DNA from: Ignicoccus hospitalis KIN4/I | GTDB lineage: Archaea > Thermoproteota > Thermoprotei_A > Sulfolobales > Ignicoccaceae | DNA: 32,000 nt | NCBI RefSeq assembly: GCF_000017945.1 | Contig: NC_009776.1 | Location: forward strand, 240,001 to 272,000 | Reading direction: 5' to 3' | Shown: positions 17,685 to 26,030 of the stretch, piece after piece | Layout: each line of letters opens with the position of its first letter | Numbering within the stretch: position 1 is the first letter of the stretch | The notes under the pieces: model-generated | Seen by the model: only the letters and a program-made list of their open reading frames with translations | Databases searched by the model: none | Told to the model about the DNA's origin: nothing | Translations under genes and position numbers: made by a program

Positions 17685-18764
17685 TTGAAGGAATTTTACG
17701 CCTTGTTGCTCGTAGCCTTCTTGGGCAACGCGGCCTCGAGGACCGCCAGGATGGGGAGCGCCTTCGCCACCTTGGAGGAGGGCTGGGGCTTCTTGGCGGC
17801 TTTGGCAGCGGCCTTCTCCTTGGGCCGCCTGGCCTCCTCGTTCTTAGGGGGAGAGCTGAGCAAGAAGTACGGATCCAAGGTGACCTCCTTAGGCTTGGCC
17901 TCCTTGGGCGCGACGGGCCTCGGGTACGCGCTCTTGCCGCCCAGCTACTACCCCTTGCTCCGGGCCTTCCACGGCTTCAGCGCGGGCTTCACTTGGCCTT
18001 CCTTGCAAGCGATCACCATGAGCAAGGTCCCCCGGGAGTACAGGGGGAGGGCTTCTTCCCTCTACTTCGTCTCCGGCAACCTCGCTTGGTTCTTCGCCTT
18101 CGCGTTGGGAGGGCTCTTGGCCGAAAGTGCCTTGGTCCCGAGCGCGTTGGCGCTCTTCGCCCTCTCCCTAGCGGTCCTCGCCTTCAAAGGGAAGGCGGTG
18201 GAGGAGAGGCGCAAGGGCAAGGGGAAGGCCTTCGTTCCCCCGCTCTCGGCGCTGGTGATGACGTCTATAGCGCTGGGCATTATGACTGTGTTAGTGAACA
18301 CGGAGGTCGCGGTGGCGGTGTTTGGGAGGGAGTTCGGGAAGGCCTTCGGAGGGCTCCTGCTGGCCGCGGCAGCCCTCGTGGGATCGATAATAAGTTACTT
18401 CCTCAACAAAAAGTTAATTGACATCTCCGAGAGTCACTTGTCTATGCTGCTCCCCGCCGTCGGGGCCTCCTTGTCGGGCTTCTTGATCTCCGCCCCTCCC
18501 CCGCTGTCGGCCCTCGGCCTCTTCTCGACCAAGGCCTTAACCATGTGGTGGAGGAGCTCCGCCTTGGGGCTCGCCCGGGCGGGCGACGTGGGGAGGAGGG
18601 TCGGCGCCTTCAACGCTGCTGGAGACTTCGGGAGGCTCTTAGGCTCCCTCGCGAGCTCCCTCGGCCCTTGGACGGTCGCGCTCTTGCCGGCCCTCTCGCT
18701 GGCCTTAGGTACGCTCGCTTGGGCTCACAGCCGTTCAACGCTCTCCACGAGCTCGGCCGAGTGA
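17685..18764 (+). CDS. MFS-type permease
   Basis: FYALLLVAFLGNAASRTARMGSAFATLEEGWGFL...FSLGRLASSFLGGELSKKYG...GFTWPSLQAITMSKVPREYRGRASSLY; TTG start in frame at 17685. Confidence 0.7.
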   Translation: MKEFYALLLVAFLGNAASRTARMGSAFATLEEGWGFLAALAAAFSLGRLASSFLGGELSKKYGSKVTSLGLASLGATGLGYALLPPSYYPLLRAFHGFSAGFTWPSLQAITMSKVPREYRGRASSLYFVSGNLAWFFAFALGGLLAESALVPSALALFALSLAVLAFKGKAVEERRKGKGKAFVPPLSALVMTSIALGIMTVLVNTEVAVAVFGREFGKAFGGLLLAAAALVGSIISYFLNKKLIDISESHLSMLLPAVGASLSGFLISAPPPLSALGLFSTKALTMWWRSSALGLARAGDVGRRVGAFNAAGDFGRLLGSLASSLGPWTVALLPALSLALGTLAWAHSRSTLSTSSAE

Positions 18765-19000
18765 AGGGCCACGTCTACCCCCAACTCCTTCCCTTTCTTC
18801 TTTAGGAGCTCCCTGAGCTCTCCCACGCTCACCTTGGCCCCGGCCAAGTCGACGACCATTATCATCGCGAACATCCCGCGGAGGACCGTTTGGGATATGT
18901 CAACTATGTTGACCCCTTGTTCGGCCAGCACGGAGGAGATCCCGGCTACTATGCCTACCCGGTCCTTCCCGACTACGGTTATTACCGCGTACTGGGGCAA
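18725..19000 (-). CDS. ACT-domain protein (UPF0237-like)
   Basis: YAVITVVGKDRVGIVAGISSVLAEQGVNIVDISQTVLRGMFAMIMVVDLA. Confidence 0.88.
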   Translation of the reverse strand: MPQYAVITVVGKDRVGIVAGISSVLAEQGVNIVDISQTVLRGMFAMIMVVDLAGAKVSVGELRELLKKKGKELGVDVALHSAELVESVERL

Positions 19001-19041
19001 CCGCTTCCCCGGGGGCCCTCAAAAAGGAGGGTTTTCACGGT

Positions 19042-19548
19042 TCACTCCCACGGGAACTTCCCGTGCTTCTTGAAGTACTCGTATATCCCCCCTTCCTTCA
19101 TTACCTCCATTATCATAGGGGGGTAGGGTTTGAACGAGTACTCCTTCCCCTTGGTGAGGTTCCGTATTACGCCCTTCTCCAAGTCCACCTCGAGCTCGTC
19201 GCCCTCCTCTGTCTCATCCACTACCTCCGGGGCCTCTATGACCGGGAGGCCTATGTTTATTGCGTTCCTAAAGAATATCCTGGCGAAGCTCTTAGCTATT
19301 ACTGCGCTCACCCCGGAGTACTTGATCGCTATTGGCGCTTGCTCCCTGGAGCTCCCCATCCCGAAGTTCTTGCCCGCCACCACCACGTCCCCGGGCTTGA
19401 TCCTCTTCGCCAGCTCGGGGTCCAAGTCCTCGAACACGTGCTTCGCCAGCTCGTAGTAGTCTGTGGTCTTCGCCTTGTACCTGAAGGGTATTATCATGTC
19501 CGTGTCTATGTTGTCGCCGAGCTTAGCGACCACTCTACCCTTGATCAT
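19042..19548 (-). CDS. leuD: 3-isopropylmalate (or homologous) dehydratase small subunit
   Basis: MIKGRVVAKLGDNIDTDMIIPFRYK...GKNFGMGSSREQAPIAIKYSGVSAVIAKSFARIFFRNAINIGLPV. Confidence 0.9.
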   Translation of the reverse strand: MIKGRVVAKLGDNIDTDMIIPFRYKAKTTDYYELAKHVFEDLDPELAKRIKPGDVVVAGKNFGMGSSREQAPIAIKYSGVSAVIAKSFARIFFRNAINIGLPVIEAPEVVDETEEGDELEVDLEKGVIRNLTKGKEYSFKPYPPMIMEVMKEGGIYEYFKKHGKFPWE

Positions 19549-19583
19549 GTCGCTGCCCTCGCGTCCTTGCGTCGGAGGGCTTT

Positions 19584-20075
19584 TCAGCCTTTGACTAGCC
19601 ACTCCAGCGCCTCCCCGGGGTCCTCGAAGGCCTTGACCTCAGCTAGCTCCCTCGAATCTACTCCACCTTCCATCAGTTCGAAGTACTTGTCGGTGTCCAT
19701 ACCATGGCCCTTGACTAAGGCTACCCTCTTCCTCTCCCGGTAGGCCATCAAGACCTCCATGAGCGTTCCCGCCCCTCCGCCCAAGGCGAGCAGCGCCTCC
19801 GCCGCGCTCACCAGCAGTGCGCTCCTGAAGTTCTCCGCCATGTTGGTCCTTATTACGACGACGTTCTCCCTCTCCTCCGCCGGGCACTGGTAGCCTATGG
19901 GCAAGAAGATGTAAACCTTAACTCCCCTCTTAGCGGCCTCGTCCACCACCTTGCCCATGAGTCCCCAACAACCGCCCAACATGAGCTCCGCGCCGAGCTC
20001 GGCCGCCTTGGAGGCTAGGGACTCAGCGAGGCTCCCCGGTCCCTCGCAACCACAAGCGGCGACCGCGACCTTCAC
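19584..20075 (-). CDS. LOG-like / TIGR00725-type Rossmann-fold nucleotide-binding protein
   Basis: AACGCEGPGSLAESLASKAAELGAELMLGGCWGLMGKVVDEA...RTNMAENFRSALLVSAAEALLALGGGAGTLMEVLMA (GGGxGTxxE motif). Confidence 0.82.
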   Translation of the reverse strand: MKVAVAACGCEGPGSLAESLASKAAELGAELMLGGCWGLMGKVVDEAAKRGVKVYIFLPIGYQCPAEERENVVVIRTNMAENFRSALLVSAAEALLALGGGAGTLMEVLMAYRERKRVALVKGHGMDTDKYFELMEGGVDSRELAEVKAFEDPGEALEWLVKG

Positions 20076-20378
20076 GCTCCCCTACCGTAAGGTTCAGAAG
20101 GCCTCGAGCGTGATAAGCTCCTTAGCGCGGAGCCCTTCGCCGCTCGAACCCCTAATCCGTGGGCGCTTGGGTTTTGGGAGCGCAATTGGGGCTGTAGGGG
20201 TTATACAACAGAACTCGAGGTCGCTTCCCCATGAAGAATTTTGTGTCGATCATCACAATGTTGGAGGAGTATAAGCTCTTCGCTCTTGTATTTCGTTTTG
20301 GAGCATTATCTTTGTTCTTCGCGCCTCAATGAATTCTATATGAGGAAGTTCACCGGATGGAAATGGAACGTGGTCTTT

Positions 20379-21007
20379 CTTTCCATCCTCTCTTGAGACT
20401 CTACTGTACTACCAGTTCGATCCCAAGAGATTGGAAATAAAGACGTCTTTCTATCCTCTTTTGAGACTCTACCAATATCTCCTGCATAATTGTGCCACCG
20501 CTTAGTCACCTTTCTATCCTCTCTTGAGACTCCACGGCCTGGGATCTATTCAGGGCCCTGAAAGAGGGAAGGCCGATCTTTCTATCCTCTCTTGAGACTC
20601 CACAGAGGCAAGAAGTACGCGGAGCTAGGGGCGCTGGCGGGCGTCTTTCTATCCTCTCTTGAGACTCCGCCCCACCCCTCGCCAAGAGGAACTGCTCAGG
20701 AAGTGGTTGGGCTTTCTATCCTCTCTTGAGACTCCGCGGCAGCCGACGATAACCCCGGAGAGGTCGCCCCGATGATCCTTTCTATCCTCTTTTGAGACTC
20801 CACTGCCTGGAGAGCTTGGCAAGGGGAGTGCCGTGCTTGGCAGGCTTTCTATCCTCTTTTGAGACTCCACGAACGATAGGAAAGTGATTTATGTTTCGAC
20901 TGAGCAAACAATCTTTCTATCCTCTTTTGAGACTCCACATGAATATATAGTAAAGCTCGCGAGGCTACTCGACTACCTCGTCTTTCTATCCTCTTTTGAG
21001 ACTCCAC
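20379..21007 (-). CRISPR. CRISPR array: 10 repeats of about 26 nt (plus-strand CTTTCTATCCTCTYTTGAGACTCCAC) and 9 spacers of 37-43 nt
   Basis: Repeats read at 20379-20404, 20447-20472, 20510-20535, 20578-20603, 20645-20670, 20712-20737, 20778-20803, 20845-20870, 20913-20938, 20982-21007. Minus-strand repeat GTGGAGTCTCAAAAGAGGATAGAAAG ends in AUAGAAAG, like archaeal crRNA 5' handles. Degenerate repeats lie at the left (leader-distal) end. Confidence 0.97.
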
Positions 21008-21240
21008 CGAAGCCTTCCATATAAAGCTCCAAGGTCTTTCCCTTAAAAGAATTGCGTTCTACTGCGAGTTTACAATTCTCCACGTTTTTCCCTTTATTCG
21101 AGAAATTTTTCCTCTGCCCTTCCCTCCACGATCTTCAGCGTTCCCATGAAAAGATATAAGGGGGTTTGAGAGAGTGAATAGTAATGGTGCGCTTTCGAAT
21201 ATAGGATGTTCCCATGTGGGCAAATATGAAAAAGGAAATT
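21008..21240 (-). promoter_or_regulatory. Candidate CRISPR leader
   Basis: AT-rich non-coding region next to the least degenerate repeats; minus-strand AGCTTTATATGG TATA-like element at 21018-21029 reading into the array. Confidence 0.65.
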
Positions 21241-21243
21241 AAC

Positions 21244-21254
21244 AAATATAAAAG
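21244..21254 (+). promoter_or_regulatory. TATA-like element for the downstream KaiC-like gene
   Basis: AAATATAAAAG, followed about 20 nt later by an abrupt change to GC-rich sequence. Confidence 0.5.
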
Positions 21255-21368
21255 TTTGGTAATGAGTTATGCGGGCTCGCTTACGGAATTCGTCGTCACC
21301 GCTCCGGCCGGGGAGTGGCGCTCATCGCCCTGAACTTAAAACGGGGGTCAAGCTATGTAGCTGAAGCG

Positions 21369-22178
21369 GTGACGAAAGTGAGGCTCAGAACCGGCGTGGA
21401 GGGCTTCGACGACCTGATAGCCGGCGGGATACCCAAGGGCTTCTTGGTGGCGGTCGTCGGGGAGCCCGGCACGGGGAAGACGGTCTTCAGCATCCACTTC
21501 GCGTGGAAGGGGGTGTTAGACGGCCAGAAGGTGATATACGTAACCACCGAGGAGAGCAGGGAAAGCATAATTTCCCAAGCAGCTCAATTCGGGATGAACT
21601 TCAACAAGGCCATAGAAGAAAAGAAGATGGTCATCATAGACGCGTTGCTCAGGGACAAGGCCGACCAGTGGAACATGGTAGAGCTGACCGTCGAAGAGCT
21701 CCTAAACAAGATAATTGAAGCTAAGAAGTACTTGGGATACGGCGACGCGAGGGTAGTGATAGACTCCATGAGCGCCTTCTGGCTCGACAAGCCAGCGATG
21801 GCCAGGAAGTACAGTTACTTGGTGAAGAGAGTATTAAACAAGTGGAACATGACAATAGTGGCCACCAGCCAATACGCGATTACCACCTCCTTCGGCTTCG
21901 GTTTCGGCATAGAGCACGTGGCGGACGGAATAATAAGGTTCAAGAAGATGATAAAGGGATGGGAGCTCAAGAGGTACGTTATAGTGGAGAAGATGAGACA
22001 GACTCCCCACTCCTTGAGGGTCCACGAGATAGAGATAGTGGACGGAAAGGGGATGAGGGTCAAGGGGCCGGTGGAGTACACGAGGGACGAGGTGACCCTC
22101 CCCTCCAAGGTGGTCGAAGGGGTGAAGAGGGGGTTGGCCCGGAAGGCCTTGGAGGAGCGCTTGATGGAGCTGGACTAG
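21369..22178 (+). CDS. KaiC/RadA-like RecA-superfamily ATPase (single domain)
   Basis: RTGVEGFDDLIAGGIPKGFLVAVVGEPGTGKTVFSIHFAWKG (Walker A), RVVIDSMSAFWL (Walker B). Most homolog-like start is GTG 21369; ORF is open from GTG 21315. Confidence 0.88.
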   Translation: MTKVRLRTGVEGFDDLIAGGIPKGFLVAVVGEPGTGKTVFSIHFAWKGVLDGQKVIYVTTEESRESIISQAAQFGMNFNKAIEEKKMVIIDALLRDKADQWNMVELTVEELLNKIIEAKKYLGYGDARVVIDSMSAFWLDKPAMARKYSYLVKRVLNKWNMTIVATSQYAITTSFGFGFGIEHVADGIIRFKKMIKGWELKRYVIVEKMRQTPHSLRVHEIEIVDGKGMRVKGPVEYTRDEVTLPSKVVEGVKRGLARKALEERLMELD

Positions 22179-23110
22179 CCAGTTAGGTCCAGCTTGGTGT
22201 AGCTTCCCAAGATCTTCAAGAACGAGGATATCTTGGATGCCTCCTCCAACACCTCCTTGAGGGCCTCCCGGGAGCCCTCCGTTTCGATGTAAAACACGTA
22301 CCTCCACGGGTGGTCCTTGAGGGGCCTTGAGTATATCATGGTTAGGTTGATCCCCCTCTCCGCGAATGGCTTTAGGAACTCGAACAGTCCCCCGGGCCTG
22401 TGGGGGACGGAGGCGAGCAAGGCCGTCTTGTCGCCCTCCGGGTTGTCCCTCTTGTGTATCACGAAGAACCTAGTGGCGTTGTGAGGCTTGTCCTCCACGT
22501 TCGCCCTCAATACTTTCAGCTTGTACATCTCCACCGCCTTGGGAGAACAAAGCGCCGCCGCCCCGGGCTCTTGGGCCGCTATCCTAGCGGCTTCCGACGT
22601 GCTGCTGGTAGGTACTTGCTCTACCCCCAACTCCTTCAAAAGTTTGGTAGCTTGCTTAAATATCATAGGGTGTCCATAGACCCTTTTAATTTCCTTTACG
22701 TCCTTCACAGTCCCCGAGGCCAACATTATCCTTATCGGTATCTCCACGTCGTAGTAAACCTTTACGTGGGACTGCAAGAACGCGTCTATGGTCTCGTTGA
22801 CGGGCCCCTCCAGCCTGTTCGCTATTGGTACTACCCCGAAGTCCGCCTCCCCCTTCTCCACTGACTCGAACACCTCCGGTATGCTGCCCTTCGACACGAG
22901 CTCCTCCTTGGGGAAGACTAAGGACGCCGCCTCGTGGGTGTAGCTCCCCGGGGGCCCCAAGTAGGCCACCTTGACCTTCATTGGGCTGAGCGAGCGGAGC
23001 CACTCTATTACCGGCTTCAGCTCCTCCGGCCACGTGCCGGAGGGCAGCCTCGTAGGCCTCTCCCTCGCGGCCCTCTCCGCTAACTTCAAGAGCTCTTCCA
23101 CTACGTCCAA
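22175..23110 (-). CDS. pheA: Prephenate dehydratase with C-terminal ACT domain
   Basis: VKVAYLGPPGSYTHEAASLVF...VVPIANRLEGPVNETIDAF...NATRFFVIHKR...LLASVPHRPGGLFEFLKPFAERGINLTMIYSRPLKDHPWRYVFYIE. Confidence 0.93.
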   Translation of the reverse strand: MDVVEELLKLAERAARERPTRLPSGTWPEELKPVIEWLRSLSPMKVKVAYLGPPGSYTHEAASLVFPKEELVSKGSIPEVFESVEKGEADFGVVPIANRLEGPVNETIDAFLQSHVKVYYDVEIPIRIMLASGTVKDVKEIKRVYGHPMIFKQATKLLKELGVEQVPTSSTSEAARIAAQEPGAAALCSPKAVEMYKLKVLRANVEDKPHNATRFFVIHKRDNPEGDKTALLASVPHRPGGLFEFLKPFAERGINLTMIYSRPLKDHPWRYVFYIETEGSREALKEVLEEASKISSFLKILGSYTKLDLTG

Positions 23111-23163
23111 GGATTCACCGCGAGGCCCTTGGAGGAACGCTAATAAGATGGACGCGCGCCCCG

Positions 23164-23424
23164 ATGTGGGTAGCGAGGGTGGCGTTAGCGATAGTCCTCA
23201 TAAACACTGAAATAGGCGGCGAGCTGGACGTGTTCGAGAAGCTCAAGTCTATAAAGGCAGTGAGGGAGGCTTACATAACCTACGGGACCTTCGACATAGT
23301 GGCCAAGATAGAGTCGCCCACCTTGAGCGAGATACAGAAGGTGGTCAACGAAATAAGGAACTTGAAGGGAGTTAGGTCCACCCTGACGCTTATAGCCGTA
23401 GAGGGCAAGCACTTCCAGAGATGA
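23164..23424 (+). CDS. Stand-alone Lrp/AsnC-type RAM/ligand-binding domain
   Basis: ALAIVLINTEIGGELDVFEKLKSIKAVREAYITYGTFDIVAKIESPTLSEIQKVVNEIRNLKGVRSTLTLI. Confidence 0.85.
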   Translation: MWVARVALAIVLINTEIGGELDVFEKLKSIKAVREAYITYGTFDIVAKIESPTLSEIQKVVNEIRNLKGVRSTLTLIAVEGKHFQR

Positions 23425-24614
23425 TAGTGGCTCTGGACAGCTTCGACGAGCCCCGCTCCGGGTGCACGACCCTCACCGCCAGCTTACTAGCCCTCCACTT
23501 GGCCTCCAAGGGCTTCCGGATGCTGGACTACCCCCGCTTGGTCCGCTTGAACCCTGCGGTCCCTTGGAAGACCCGGGGGAACGCGGCGGTAGCCCTCGAG
23601 TTCGAGGGGAGCGCAGAGGAGCTCTTCGAGGAGGCGAAGGCCTTCTTGGAGCGCGCCCCGGGGAGGGGGGCCCTCGCGGTGGGGGAGGAGTTCCCCGAGG
23701 TCTACCCCGACGCGGTGGAGAAGGTCTTGGACCCTGACGAGGTGGCCAAGAAGTTCGAGGGCTTGTGGTGGGGGAGGAAGGAGGCCTTGGTTGGCGCGCT
23801 GGCGGCGGGGGCGGCTGAGGGGCTGAACAACTTCGAGCTGCTGGCGTACAGGCTCCCCCAGAACTTGGGGAGGCCTAGGAGGTGCTCCTTCCACCCGGCC
23901 TACGAGGCCCTCCTGGAGCTGGCCTACCCCTCGATCCACGAGAGCTCGCCGGAGGTGGTATGCCCCAAGGGCCCGGACCCGGTGCTCTTGGGCATAAGGG
24001 GCTCCCACCCTCCCTTGATGTGGGCCGCCCTCCAGCTCTTCGACGGGGAGCCCTTCTGGCTCGCGACCATGTTTAGGACGAACCAACACTCCTACGAGCC
24101 CTCCCGGAGGGCCGAGGAGTACCCCTACGAGTTCGTGCAGAAGGAGTTCGAAGGGAGTTACGAGGTGAGGGGGGAGGACGTACTCTTCGGCGATTACGTT
24201 TTGTTCAACGAAACTGGAATAACCAAGATATTTAAAGAGATGATTGGGTATGAGAACAAGGTTTCCGTCAAGCTCGACGTGGTGGTCAAGCCTGGCTCTA
24301 AGGGGGTGGCGGCGCTGAGGGACTTGAGGGCGCTCTTCTGGAAAAGGAAAGCGCCCAAGTGTCCCAAGTGCGGGGGGCCGATGGTCAGTATGGGCAAGAA
24401 GACCTTAATGAGGAAGTGCAAGAAGTGCGGCTACAAAGCTGAGGTCCTCCCGAAGCTCGAAATAAAGGTCTTCGAGGGCACAGTCTTCCCCGTTCAAGGG
24501 AGGAAGCTGCACTTGGAGGGGGACTACCGCTCCCCTCCGTGGCCCCCCGAGGGGAGGATATGCGAGAAACCGGGGTGTGCGATCTGGGTCGCACACGGGT
24601 TCGATCATCACTAA
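23421..24614 (+). CDS. tiaS: tRNA(Ile2) 2-agmatinylcytidine synthetase TiaS-like
   Basis: VALDSFDEPRSGCTTLTASLLALHL...YPRLVRLNPAVPWKTRGNAAVAL...WLATMFRTNQHS...CPKCGGPMVSMGKKTLMRKCKKCGY. Confidence 0.87.
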   Translation: MIVALDSFDEPRSGCTTLTASLLALHLASKGFRMLDYPRLVRLNPAVPWKTRGNAAVALEFEGSAEELFEEAKAFLERAPGRGALAVGEEFPEVYPDAVEKVLDPDEVAKKFEGLWWGRKEALVGALAAGAAEGLNNFELLAYRLPQNLGRPRRCSFHPAYEALLELAYPSIHESSPEVVCPKGPDPVLLGIRGSHPPLMWAALQLFDGEPFWLATMFRTNQHSYEPSRRAEEYPYEFVQKEFEGSYEVRGEDVLFGDYVLFNETGITKIFKEMIGYENKVSVKLDVVVKPGSKGVAALRDLRALFWKRKAPKCPKCGGPMVSMGKKTLMRKCKKCGYKAEVLPKLEIKVFEGTVFPVQGRKLHLEGDYRSPPWPPEGRICEKPGCAIWVAHGFDHH

Positions 24615-25027
24615 GCGGCGTCAGCAACGCCGACCCAGCTCATCCCCACGCCCAGGCCCTCCGGCAGGACCAGAGCTTTCTTGATTAAGTATAGGGCCTC
24701 CGACACCGCGTCGCTGCTCTCCTCCCCCTCCACCGACGCCTCCACCTTGACAGTTTCGCAGTCCAACAAGTGGCCGTGGAACTCGTGGAACGTGTGGGGG
24801 GTCGGGAAGCACCCCGCCACCTCCCGCACGTCGATGTCTATATAAACGTTTAGGGCGTTCCTCACGTACCTACCTACAGCGATTAAGGACTCCATCAGCT
24901 CAGCCGCCGCCTCGCGGGGGAGCGCGGACGAGAGGGTTACAGTGAGCTTGATCCTTTCCACACGCACCCCCACTAGTTTCAGTGACCCCTCACCTTTTTT
25001 CTGAGAAAGACAAAGGTGCTTACCCAA
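24611..25027 (-). CDS. Hypothetical protein
   Basis: 138-aa ORF ...KLTVTLSSALPREAAAELMESLIAVGRYVRNALNVYIDIDVREVAGCFPTPHTFHEFHGHLLDCETVKVEASVEG...; true start may be about 20 codons downstream. Confidence 0.6.
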   Translation of the reverse strand: MGKHLCLSQKKGEGSLKLVGVRVERIKLTVTLSSALPREAAAELMESLIAVGRYVRNALNVYIDIDVREVAGCFPTPHTFHEFHGHLLDCETVKVEASVEGEESSDAVSEALYLIKKALVLPEGLGVGMSWVGVADAA

Positions 25028-25058
25028 AGTATACGCTTACTTTTCTAAGGTAGCCGTC

Positions 25059-26030
25059 GTGGAGGGCCCGGTGTGCCGCGTGGGGTGGACCTACTCGAAG
25101 GCGGGCGTTGACGTCTCCGCCCAAAAGGCAATGGAAGAGCAATTCATTAAGAAGAGCAAGAAGCTTGCGAACGGGATCGGGGGCTACGCCTCCTCCTTCA
25201 ACGTCTGCGGGGAGGTAACCCTCCACGTGGACGGGGTGGGCACCAAGACCGAGCTCCTCCGAAAGTATTCCCGAAACTGGGTGGCCGGGTGGGACTGCTT
25301 GATGGTCAACGCCAACGACGTCGCTTGTGAGGGCTTTAGGGTCTTCGCCTACGTAGATTACTTGGCCGTGGAGAGGGGAGACCCAGTGTTGGCAAGGGAG
25401 GTTGCCGAGGGGATGAGCAAGGCGGCCGAGGCCTTGGGGGCCGTGCTGGCCGGCGGGGAGACCGCCATAATGCCGGACGTGGTCAAGGGGTACGACGTCT
25501 CTTGCACGGTCTTGGGCGTTAGAGAGGCGAGGCCCCAGCCCCCGAGGCCCGGCGACGCCGTCATAGCGGTCGCCTCCAACGGGCCCCACGCCAACGGCTA
25601 CACCCTCATACGGAGGCTCATCCAAGCCGGCTTGCTCGACCCCGAGCCGTTGCTGGACTTCCTCCTCGCCCCCGTGGCGAACTACCACAACCCCCTCTTG
25701 AGGGCAATGAAGGAGGGTAAGGCCAAGTGGGGGGCCCACGTGACCGGAGGGGCCTTCTACAAGGTGCACTCCAGGCTCCCCAAGGGGCTAGGGGTGAGGC
25801 TCGAGGCTTGGGAGGTCCCGGAGGGGTTCGTGAAGATAGTTGAGGCGGCTGGGATGAGCGCGGAGGAGGCGTACAAGACCTTCAACATGGGCGTCGGGAT
25901 GCTTGTGGTGGGCTCCGAGGAGGCAGTGGAGGCGTTCGAGAGGGAGGGGCTGAAGGCTTGGAAGGCGGGGGAAGTGGTGGAGGGGCCGACGGAGATAGAA
26001 ACCCCGTGGGGCAAGGTGGTCATCCGCTGA
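25059..26030 (+). CDS. purM: Phosphoribosylformylglycinamidine cyclo-ligase (AIR synthetase)
   Basis: TYSKAGVDVSAQKAMEEQFIKKS...DGVGTKTELLRKY...DCLMVNANDVACEG...AGGETAIMPDVVKGYDVSCTVLG...SNGPHANGYTLIRRLI...HVTGGAFYKV. Confidence 0.9.
   Translation: MEGPVCRVGWTYSKAGVDVSAQKAMEEQFIKKSKKLANGIGGYASSFNVCGEVTLHVDGVGTKTELLRKYSRNWVAGWDCLMVNANDVACEGFRVFAYVDYLAVERGDPVLAREVAEGMSKAAEALGAVLAGGETAIMPDVVKGYDVSCTVLGVREARPQPPRPGDAVIAVASNGPHANGYTLIRRLIQAGLLDPEPLLDFLLAPVANYHNPLLRAMKEGKAKWGAHVTGGAFYKVHSRLPKGLGVRLEAWEVPEGFVKIVEAAGMSAEEAYKTFNMGVGMLVVGSEEAVEAFEREGLKAWKAGEVVEGPTEIETPWGKVVIR

Noticed and set aside
20231-20332. 33-codon ORF MKNFVSIITMLEEYKLFALVFRFGALSLFFAPQ left of the CRISPR array
   Set aside because: Too short, with no ribosome-binding or homology signal. 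More likely non-coding trailer sequence; would need conservation or peptide evidence.
20379-21007. Self-targeting spacers within this window
   Set aside because: No extended spacer match elsewhere in the window was noticed by eye. This was not an exhaustive search and needs a genome-wide alignment.
9501-22178. Two KaiC-like ATPases as evidence for a circadian or signalling system
   Set aside because: Single-domain KaiC/RadA paralogs are common in archaea. There is no KaiA/KaiB or partner kinase nearby, so no clock system is claimed.
24585-24614. ACGGGTTCGATCATCAC T-loop-like string
   Set aside because: It is the end of the tiaS reading frame (AHGFDHH*), with no stem pairing or other tRNA arms.
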